Positions 53,437-61,913 of a DNA stretch of 64,000 nucleotides are shown piece by piece (the first letter of the stretch is position 1; each line of letters begins with the position of its first letter). The notes beneath the pieces are model-generated. The model was not told the origin of the DNA and searched no databases. It was given only the letters and a program-made list of their open reading frames with translations. Both the position numbers and the translations under genes were made by a program. The stretch is taken from contig CAVOID010000011.1 of NCBI GenBank assembly GCA_963695875.1, forward strand, positions 1-64,000. Direction: 5' to 3'. The DNA comes from an uncultured delta proteobacterium (GTDB lineage Bacteria > Desulfobacterota > Syntrophia > Syntrophales > UBA2185).

Positions 53437-55915
53437 CTATCCAATAAACTTGCCATCCTTGAATTGGCCGACGTATTTTCTGCCATCCGGAAATGTCATC
53501 ATTCCCCGTCCGTGAGGGAGACCATTTTCCAGTTCGCCGGTGTATTTTCTTCCGTCGGTCATGGTGAGTGTCCCGCGTCCATGATACTTGTTGTTTTTGA
53601 ACTCACCTTCATATCTGTCCCCGTTAGGATACGTCAGAACACCTTTCCCGTTTGATAAACCATCTTTAAACTCTCCAACATATTTTGTTCCATTGGCCAG
53701 GATCAAGGTACCATTCCCGTCATACTTCCCTTCCTTGAACTGGCCCTCATATTTTTTCCCATCAGGATGGATCTCGACCCCTTCTCCGTGGTACAAATTA
53801 TTCTTCCATGTGCCTGTGATACTTCCCCCCACCGTGCAAAGTAAGGAATCCTTCACCTTCCATCACAGTCTTTTTTCCATTGACCGACATAGACGGAACC
53901 GTCCGTGAAAGTGAAGATACCCTGCCCATTCCTTTCCCCGGCATTCCACTCACCTACATACTCTCCGCCATCAGGGAAGGTCATGGTACCATGCCCGTGG
54001 GGAAGATTATCCTTCAGCTCGCCAACATAACTTCGGCCATCATCATAGGTCACGGACCATTGTCCGTCAGAAATATCCGTCTTTGTTTCGGTAGATGAAG
54101 GTTTCTGTTCTATTAGGATTTTATCCTCTGCTTCCTCTTTTGCTTCTGCTCTTTCTCTTTCTCTTTCTCTTTCTTTTCTTCCAATTCTGCCGGCAATCGT
54201 TCTCCTTCTTCCGCTTTAACCCAGGCCTCTTCCATCTCCGCCTCGAGTCTGGCGTCTTCTTGCGCCTTTTTCCTCGCCTCCGCCTCCTCTCTTCTCCTCA
54301 CCAGAATCATGGCCTTTGCATCGTCTGCCAACTGTGAATCTACTACGGCCCTCACCTTAGCTACCGCCTCTTCTCTTGCCTGTAGTTCGGCTGCCAACCG
54401 TTCTATCTCTTCTGCTTTACCTCTGGCTTCCATCTCTGCCTTGAGTCTTGCTTCCTCCTCCGCCTTTGCTCTCCTTTCAGCTTCTTTCCTTGCTTTCTCC
54501 TCTCCTGCCAGTAGAATTTCCACTTCAGCCTTTGCCTTTGCTTCTGATTCTGCTTTTGCCTTCAACTCGCTCACTAGCCGGTCTACCTCTTCCGCTTTTG
54601 TCCTGGCCTCTGTCTCTGCCTTGAGCCTGGCTTTTTCTTCTTCCCTGAGCCTTTCTTCCGCCTCCGCCCTGGCTGTCGCTCCCGCTTCTTCCCGATCCTT
54701 CAATTCTGCGGCCAATCTGGCTGCCTCTTCCGCCCTCGTCTTTGCTTCCGCTTCCACACCTTCTTTTGCCTTCAACTCGGCCACCAGCCGGTCAACCTCT
54801 TCCCCTTTAGCTCTGGCCTCCGTCTCAGCCTTGAATCTGGCTGCCTCTTCCTTCCTGAGCCTTGCCTCCGCCTCCGTTCTGGTCTTCGCTTCCGCTTCTT
54901 CCCGATCCTTCAATTCCTCTGCCAATCGGGTGGCCTCTTTCGCTCTGGTTTTCGCTTCCGCCTTTGCTTCCTCTTTTGCCTTCAACTTAGATGCCAGGCG
55001 GTCCATCTCTTCTGCTTTACCGCTGGCTTCCATCTCTGCCTTGAGTCTGGCTGCCTCTTCCTCCCTTAGCCTTGCCTCCGCTTTCGTTTTTGCTTCCGCC
55101 TCCGCTTCTTCTTTTGCCTCCAGTTCGGCCACCAGCCGGTCAAACGCTGCCGCTTTAGCTCTCGCTTCCGTCTCTGCCTTGAGCCTGCCTTCTTCTTCCA
55201 CCCTGAGCCTTGCTTCCGCCTCCACCCTGGCCTTCGCTTCTGCTTCTTGCCGTGCCTTCAATTCTGCTGCCAATCTGGCCGCCTCTTCCGCTTTCGTTTT
55301 TGCTTCCGCTTCCGCACCCTCTCTTGCCTTCAGCTCGGCTACCAGCCGGTCAACCTCTTCCCCTTTAGCCCTGGCTTCCATCTCTGCCTTGAGTCTGGCT
55401 GCCTCTTCCACCCTGAGCCTTGCTTCCGCATCCGCTCTAGCCTTCTGTTCCGCTTCCACCTTCTTCTTGGCCGCTGCTTCCTCCTTTGCCTTCCTTTCCG
55501 CGTCCTCCCATACCTTCGCCTCTTCCGCCAAGCGAGCTTCTTTTTCAGCCCTACCTTCCTCTAACGTCTTTTTCGCAGTTTTCGCTTCCTTTTCTTCTTT
55601 TGTCTTCAACTCTGCCGCCGATCTGGCATCCTCTTCTCTGCTGCCGATTTTCCATTCACCATAATATTTCGTTCCATCAGGATATATAAATTCTCCCCTT
55701 CCGTCAGGAAGCCCGTATTGCCATTCGCCTTCGTACCTGCTGCCGTCCGGCAATGCGTATGCTCCCGTTCCATGGGGGAGACCATCCATCCATGCACCAG
55801 TATATTGACTGCCATCAGGCCAGGTAAAAGTCCCCTGTCCGTTATATGGATCATCCTCCCATTTAACTTTGTACTGTTCTTTGCCGGATGACCCCCTGAC
55901 TAAGTGCTGCAACAT
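53437..55915 (-). CDS. MORN - long E/A/K/R helical repeat - MORN protein (probably one gene split by 2 indels)
   Basis: N-terminal MORN units, about 480 aa of charged helical repeats; shifted frame AKEEAEDKILIEQKPSSTETKTDISDGQWSVTYDDG runs into ORF 53853-54053, followed by ORF 53437-53856. Confidence 0.7.
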
Positions 55916-56052
55916 ATTCTCCTGCCTCTAAAGCTCCACCCTTTAAGATTTTTTGGAGTATTAAATATAGTAGAAGTGTCCTTATGTGTCAAAAGAAAAG
56001 AGTTAACAGTATATTATAAATGGCTGAAGAGAGTTCTGTTAGGTATCTGAAT

Positions 56053-56248
56053 AGAATGACAACTTCAGAAGCGCCATAAGGATTATGCCACAGAAGCTTT
56101 CAAGTCATACGATAAACGGATAAGAGAAGACGTGAACCTTCTCATGCAGAACTTAAAAAAGAAGTACGGATACACTCAAGAGGGGGCAAAAGAGGTCTGT
56201 ATCTATGTGGTTGACAATGACCTCGCGCAGACTTTTTCAGGACAATAA
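56053..56248 (+). pseudogene. orphan C-terminal fragment resembling PrkA-family Ser kinase tails
   Basis: NDNFRSAI/DYATEAFKSYDKRIREDVNLLMQNLKKKYGYTQEGAKEVCIYVVDNDLAQTF*; no start codon or N-terminal part; family recalled from memory. Confidence 0.5.
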
Positions 56249-56293
56249 CCGGAAATAATTGTCAGCACACCCATATTCCCCGTTCATTTTTTC

Positions 56294-56322
56294 TTGACAC
56301 GCAATCACAGCCGCTCTATATT
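56294..56322 (+). promoter_or_regulatory. sigma70-type promoter of the TlpA gene
   Basis: TTGACA-N17-TATATT. Confidence 0.55.
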
Positions 56323-56384
56323 TTTATAGAGAAAAAGCGAGGTACTATCAATTCACAATAAATGGCTTTAAAAAGGACCTAATT

Positions 56385-56903
56385 ATGAAAAAGTCTCTTC
56401 GATGGCTCGTTAGTTTCGTCTTGGTATGTAATATCATCATATTTTTTCTAATCACAAATGTCGCAAACGGGGAGGAAATTGCTAAAACACGGGATGATAA
56501 TCGCGCCTTAGATTTTACCTTAAACGATTTGGACGGCCGGAATGTCAGGCTGAGTGATTATAAAGGAAAGACAATCTTACTGTATTTCATGGCTACATGG
56601 TGCCCCGAGTGTCGTACCACAATTCCCCATCTGAAAGAAATCTATTCCTTATATAATGCCAAGGGTCTGGTTCTTCTGACTATCGATGTCATGGAATCCC
56701 GGGAGAAAGCATCAGCCTTTTCAAAGAAATACAGTCTTCCCTTCCCTACGCTTCTGGATGGAGAAGGAAAAGTCTACCAGAGCTATGGTGTTTTCGGCGT
56801 GCCGCTTACGGCTTTAATTGACCGGAATGGTCGGATCATTTGCTGGAACTGCCGCTCCCTTGATAAGCTGCTGGAAAACCAGTTTGAAGTGAAAACGAAG
56901 TAG
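56385..56903 (+). CDS. TlpA/ResA-like thiol-disulfide oxidoreductase
   Basis: N-terminal TM/signal, DFTL.DLDG..V.LSDYKGK, ATWCPEC, GVP; extra C-terminal CWNC. Confidence 0.88.
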   Translation: MKKSLRWLVSFVLVCNIIIFFLITNVANGEEIAKTRDDNRALDFTLNDLDGRNVRLSDYKGKTILLYFMATWCPECRTTIPHLKEIYSLYNAKGLVLLTIDVMESREKASAFSKKYSLPFPTLLDGEGKVYQSYGVFGVPLTALIDRNGRIICWNCRSLDKLLENQFEVKTK

Positions 56904-56999
56904 AAGTTAAAATTTCACAATCTTCCACATTTTCCTATCGTTTGAGTAAGATTATATAGAAACAGGATAGAGGTAGGTTAGAGCTGCGATAAAATTACG

Positions 57000-57419
57000 T
57001 TATTTAGGTTCGGTTGGATACCCCGCATCCGTCCAGGCATGAAAGCCACCCTTGAGGGCGCTTACCCCTTTAAAGCCATTGTCCAATAATATCTCTGCCG
57101 CACGGGCGCTTGTCGCTTCATCGTGTCAGGTACAGTATGTAATGATCTCCTTGTCCCTCGGCAGTTCGTTGCTCCTGGCTTCCAGTTGAACAATGGGAAT
57201 CCTGATGTCCCCTTTTATCCTGATCTTGCTATCTTTATATTCTCGTCCTGCGCGGACATCAAGAATCACTACGTCCTCACCTTTATCCATCTTAGCTTTC
57301 AGTTCCTGCACTGTAATTCTTGGAACATTATCAGCTGCAGAAAATACAACCGGCACAATCAGCTGACTCAGTACGACGAATAGCAGAGAAAGAAACAGAG
57401 CTTCTAGTAACCGTCGCAT
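57000..57419 (-). CDS. exported selenocysteine rhodanese-like protein (CxU; UGA at 57128-57126)
   Basis: read-through gives ...ILDVR...EIITYCT-U-HDEATSARAAEILLDNGFKGVSALKGGFHAWTDAGYPTEPK*, completing the rhodanese fold. Confidence 0.85.
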
Positions 57420-57566
57420 CGTCAACCTTATCACATCCTTCTCGGTATATATGTCATACAGTTACTTCACTAACACTCACTAATTAACTCATAGAAATCC
57501 AAATTTAATTGCGATACATTTGAGCCAGCTCAAAAATTGGGTGGGTCGTGGGTCGCCGGTCCTTAA

Positions 57567-58049
57567 CTATTTTTTTACTGAACGAGGGAAACAGCATTCC
57601 CAGCTCGGCATACCATCTTCCTCGTTGCGAAGTTTCATGGTCATATCGCCCTTGCTTACTTCCGAGGCAATGATCGCGTTACCATACTTCTTACCTCTTA
57701 CTTCAACCTTGTCGCCAGCCATAAATTTGACCTTCTGATTCTCAATGAACCACTTGGGTCCCATATAGACTTTGTATGCATTGCCCTGATCCGTAACGAA
57801 TCTCATCTGCAGACCGTCTTTCACACCGGCCATCTTCTCTACTTTGGTCACCTTACCGGATTCGACCACTATTGCTTCCATCCCCGTAAATGACGTCTCG
57901 GCATCAAGTCCTGGAGTTCCTAAAGTCCAGGCACCCCTTGCTACGGGCCCTGCCGACTGTGATTTCTGAGCAAATGATGTTTGCGCAAACATCATATTCA
58001 ACATTAAAGTCGCTGCTACTACTACAATCCATACTGCTACCTTTCTCAT
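57567..58049 (-). CDS. exported OB-fold-like protein (MamS/MamX-domain-like) with a WECCFP tail
   Basis: signal peptide ending SFA; GKVTKVE...VYMGPKWF..Q...GDKVEVRG...LRNEEDGMPSW; AGGAGG RBS. Confidence 0.55.
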   Translation of the reverse strand: MRKVAVWIVVVAATLMLNMMFAQTSFAQKSQSAGPVARGAWTLGTPGLDAETSFTGMEAIVVESGKVTKVEKMAGVKDGLQMRFVTDQGNAYKVYMGPKWFIENQKVKFMAGDKVEVRGKKYGNAIIASEVSKGDMTMKLRNEEDGMPSWECCFPRSVKK

Positions 58050-58601
58050 ACTTTCCTCCTTAGTCTTATTGTTTTGACCCACCCGATTTCGAGTTTAAAA
58101 ACTTTAGTTAACGTTCTACTTCTTGTCAAGATAAAAAATGAATTTACTTCAGGTACTTGATAAAACTATTATCTTTTTTCTTTTATTTAAACGGAAAAGA
58201 CAAAATATACAATAGTTGTTTAATATAAGTAGAATGGTAGTCTAACACTACTATAAAAAAGGAGAGAAGTATTCGCGGAAACAGGTTAATATTTGGTGAA
58301 TATTGTGTAGTATGGCGAGAGGGTTAGGTTTGGGTCACACTGATTTATTTCGGGATTCATGGTGGCAGTACTGTATCTATCATTTGTGAATATGGTTCTC
58401 AATTTTCATCTGTGAATTCATTGAAAAATCCAGAAACCCAAGCAGTAAATGGCATCGGTGCTAGATGGATCATGTTAGGCAATAGCGGATTTTTTGTTGC
58501 AACAGGGGATATTAAATTAGTATAGACAGGGAAAATATGACATCAGTTTGTGAAAAGAAATATGATCAAAAAACATGATTCCCCGAAATGGGGGCATATT
58601 T

Positions 58602-59297
58602 ATGGATAAAAGACCGTCAATTATAGGGAGGATGTTTGACAGAATAGCCCCCACTTATGATCGACTCAACACCATTCTATCCTTTTCCTTCGATAAGGCC
58701 TGGAGAAGAGCAGCCATAAAGTTTCTGGAGATACATACTGGGGATATGGTTCTGGATATAGCCACCGGTACAGGGGAAATGGCGCTTCTTGCCGCATACC
58801 AAGGGGGCAAGATTACAGGCATTGACCTTTCCAAGCAGATGCTTTCATGTGCCGTTATCAAGATTCAGAAGAAGAGCCTCGGCATTCATTACACTGTTGT
58901 GCAGGGTGACGCCCTTTCTATGCCATTCCGCAGTGAGTCCTTCAACAGCGCAATGGTGGCGTTCGGGATCAGAAACATGGAGAATCTGGAGGCCTTTCTG
59001 AATGAGATGCACCGGGTACTGAATACGCATGGACGTTTTTCTGTACTTGAGTTTTCCGTGCCGGAAAGATTTCTTTTCAAATGGATATATATGGCATACT
59101 TGACATTTGTGCTGCCGGTCATCGGCGGTCTCATTTCCGGGGATTATGATGCCTACCGATATTTGAGGGATTCAGTGGTGGGATTTCCAGCTCCAAAAGT
59201 ATTGGAGGGCATGATGAGAGATCGAGGGTTCCGGGTTGTTCGTTCTGAGTCGCTCCTTGGAGGCATATCGCATCTCTATTTAATTGAAAAACAGTGA
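58602..59297 (+). CDS. ubiE: UbiE/MenG-family quinone methyltransferase
   Basis: MFDRIAPTYDRLN, VLDIATGTG, GDAL.MPF, FGIRN, AYRYL.DS. Confidence 0.85.
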   Translation: MDKRPSIIGRMFDRIAPTYDRLNTILSFSFDKAWRRAAIKFLEIHTGDMVLDIATGTGEMALLAAYQGGKITGIDLSKQMLSCAVIKIQKKSLGIHYTVVQGDALSMPFRSESFNSAMVAFGIRNMENLEAFLNEMHRVLNTHGRFSVLEFSVPERFLFKWIYMAYLTFVLPVIGGLISGDYDAYRYLRDSVVGFPAPKVLEGMMRDRGFRVVRSESLLGGISHLYLIEKQ

Positions 59298-59487
59298 TGA
59301 GCTTTCATATTCTCAGGGAGTTTGCCGCCCGCTTGATGCGGCAAGGGAACTCATCGGCAAGTAACCTATATAATCAGCCGGCGTGTTAGGAATGACTTCT
59401 AGTCAACACAGGGATGTTTCCAGTGAAAATTTCCCTCCTGCCTTTGTGCTGCCTTGCAGCAGAGACAAAATTTTATAACCCTTTTTC

Positions 59488-59517
59488 TTGACATATTGGT
59501 GCCTTATTACTTATACT
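59488..59517 (+). promoter_or_regulatory. sigma70-type promoter of the apc-like operon
   Basis: TTGACA-N18-TATACT. Confidence 0.55.
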
Positions 59518-59574
59518 CTACTCCCCTGGAACCCCACAGTAGGGATTCCTTATCAAAATAAAATCAAAGGCACA

Positions 59575-61575
59575 GTGGGCTATACAATCGACATTGATAC
59601 CGGCGGAACCTATACCGACGGTTTCTTCAGCGATGGGCAGCGGTTTGCGGCGGTCAAGGTGGATACCACGCCGCACGACCTGACCATGGGCTTTCTGGAG
59701 TGTATCGAGCTGGGGGCAAAGCAGCTAGCTCTTTCCGGAATGAAGGAACTGCTCCGCGAGACGGACACAATCCGTTTCTCGACGACCCTGTGCAACAACC
59801 TGCTGATTCAGCGAAAGGGTCCGCGGCTTGGTTTGATAGTCACCGCCGGTCATGAGCGGATGCTTTACAGTAATACCCCCCGCGAAGGTGTCACCCCCTT
59901 CGATTTTCTGATCGAGCCATCCTGCGTCGTCGGCATAGACGAAGAGACGGCTGCTGACGGCCGCGTCATCAGCGAACCGAATGAGACCGAAGTAGTCATT
60001 AAAACCCGCCATCTGCTGGCACAGGGTGTGCGGATGATCGTGGTTTCCCTGCGGCGGTCGTCATACAATCCGGCAAACGAAAAGCGGGTCCGGCAGATGC
60101 TGGATCTTGAATATCCGCCTCACTACCTGGGATATGTGCCGGTGCTTCTTTCGCACCAGGTTTCCCGAAGACCGGAGGACGCACTGCGGACGACTGCGGG
60201 GATGCTTAACGCCTACCTGCATGGGGAACTGGGTCGGTCGCTCTACCGGACGGAAGACATTATCAGGCAGCAAGGCTTCCGGCGGCCTCTTTTTATTGTC
60301 CACGGCAATGCTGGCAGCGCCCGGGTGAGCCAGACAAGGGCGCTCGACACGGTCAACTCCGGACCGGCGGCAGCTATGCATGGGGCGGCCGGCATGGCCC
60401 GGCGGCTATCGCTCCTGCGGGTTATCGCCCTGGACATCGGCGGGACTAGCACCGAGATCAGCCTGATCAGAAATGGAATCGTACATCTTGCAACACAGCA
60501 ACGGATCGCCGGTCTCGATGCGGGCATAACGGCCTGCAGAATCGAGAGCTTGGGTGGCGGTGGCGGTTCCATCGCACGCAGGAACGGAGATAGGATAACA
60601 GTTGGACCGGACTCTGCCGGTGCCCTACCCGGACCTGCCTGCTTTGATCTCGGCGGGCTGGAACCCACTGTGACCGATGCCTTCCTGGTAACAGGATTTC
60701 TTGATCCGGATTACTTCTTCGGCGGCAGCCGTCGCTTGCGCCCGGAGCGGGCGAAACAGGCCCTGGAGACGCTTCGCCGTACCCCGTCCGAATCCCTGCC
60801 GTACTTGGCCCGTCGTGTCGTTGATTGCCTCAAAGACACCCTGGCTGCGGCTATTACAAGCCAGCTCAAGAATGAAAATCCGGCGGACTGGACCCTTTTC
60901 GCTTTTGGCGGGGCAGGGGGCCTCTATACGGCAATGCTCGCGGAAACTCTGGGCATTAGGCAAGTTTATACCTTCCCGGTTGGGTCGGTCTTTTCCGCTT
61001 TCGGTTCCTCCCTCCTGGAGGTCGTACATGTCTATGAATACTGCCTTGCCGGTCAGGCGCATCTCACAAAAGGAAGGCTCGCGCTCGGTGGATGGTTTGG
61101 AGAACTCCTTGACCATGCCAGAAAGGACATCGTTGGCGAAGCCCTGGGTACGGAGCATCTTCGTTTCAGGCTGCAAATAGAGGTGGCTGATAACAAGGGT
61201 ATAACGTCTGTGTTCGAGACAGATGTCACCCAAAACCAGGAATCGCTCGACTCGCCCGGCGCTTCGGAGACGAATGGGGCGGTAATCATGGCGAGGCTCA
61301 AGGCGATCATCCCGGCGGCAACGCCATTATTGGAAGTATTTCCGTCGATGATCAAGACTGAAACTCAGCCTGCACCCATGGGTGAACGTTCCGTTTTCTG
61401 GTCGGATGCCACAGAGAACACACCCATATACCGGGGAGAGTCGCTCCCGGCGGGAACATCTTTGCAAGGACCGCTCATCATCGAGCATGCATACACCACG
61501 ATCCTGGTACCTCGTGGCTGGTGCTACCGCATCGATGCCGCAGGCCATGGGATTATGGAAAGGGGACCGGCATGA
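59575..61575 (+). CDS. hydantoinase/oxoprolinase family, acetophenone carboxylase ApcA-like subunit
   Basis: YTIDIDTGGTYTD..KVDTTPHD, DIGGTST, GGGGS, SAGALPGPACF, PTVTDA. Confidence 0.8.
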   Translation: MGYTIDIDTGGTYTDGFFSDGQRFAAVKVDTTPHDLTMGFLECIELGAKQLALSGMKELLRETDTIRFSTTLCNNLLIQRKGPRLGLIVTAGHERMLYSNTPREGVTPFDFLIEPSCVVGIDEETAADGRVISEPNETEVVIKTRHLLAQGVRMIVVSLRRSSYNPANEKRVRQMLDLEYPPHYLGYVPVLLSHQVSRRPEDALRTTAGMLNAYLHGELGRSLYRTEDIIRQQGFRRPLFIVHGNAGSARVSQTRALDTVNSGPAAAMHGAAGMARRLSLLRVIALDIGGTSTEISLIRNGIVHLATQQRIAGLDAGITACRIESLGGGGGSIARRNGDRITVGPDSAGALPGPACFDLGGLEPTVTDAFLVTGFLDPDYFFGGSRRLRPERAKQALETLRRTPSESLPYLARRVVDCLKDTLAAAITSQLKNENPADWTLFAFGGAGGLYTAMLAETLGIRQVYTFPVGSVFSAFGSSLLEVVHVYEYCLAGQAHLTKGRLALGGWFGELLDHARKDIVGEALGTEHLRFRLQIEVADNKGITSVFETDVTQNQESLDSPGASETNGAVIMARLKAIIPAATPLLEVFPSMIKTETQPAPMGERSVFWSDATENTPIYRGESLPAGTSLQGPLIIEHAYTTILVPRGWCYRIDAAGHGIMERGPA

Positions 61576-61913
61576 AAAGGATTGCTGTCACTGAGTATCT
61601 GGAAATAGATCTCTCTATGGAGATGTGGCACTGCCGGAAGTGTGGCCATAGTCTCATATCCGTTCGGCGGAACTACAAGGAGGGCTGCCTGGTCTATCCC
61701 CGCGATCCGGCGACGGTCTATGATCCACAGATAAAGGGGGAACGCTACAGCTTCGCTCCAGATAAATCGGTCTGCATTTTCGTAGAGTTCTACTGTCCCG
61801 GCTGCGGTACGCTCATAGAGACGGAAGTGTTGCCCCCGGGGCATCCGCCATCCCACGACATCGAGATTGATATCGATGCTCTGAAAAAAAGGGTGAACTA
61901 TGGTCAGGCGTGA
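61572..61913 (+). CDS. acetone/acetophenone carboxylase small Cys subunit (ApcB/AcxC-like)
   Basis: TEYLEIDL..E.W.CRKCG..NYKEGCLV, EFYCPGCG..IETE.LPPGHP; ATGA overlap. Confidence 0.85.
   Translation: MKRIAVTEYLEIDLSMEMWHCRKCGHSLISVRRNYKEGCLVYPRDPATVYDPQIKGERYSFAPDKSVCIFVEFYCPGCGTLIETEVLPPGHPPSHDIEIDIDALKKRVNYGQA

Noticed and set aside
54309..55664. 451-aa S/A/F/L-rich ORF on the + strand
   Set aside because: Antisense shadow of the repetitive E/A/K/R gene; its composition mirrors the complementary codons.
57567..58049. MamS/MamX-like domain as evidence of magnetosomes
   Set aside because: No other mam genes are present, and the domain also occurs in non-magnetotactic bacteria.
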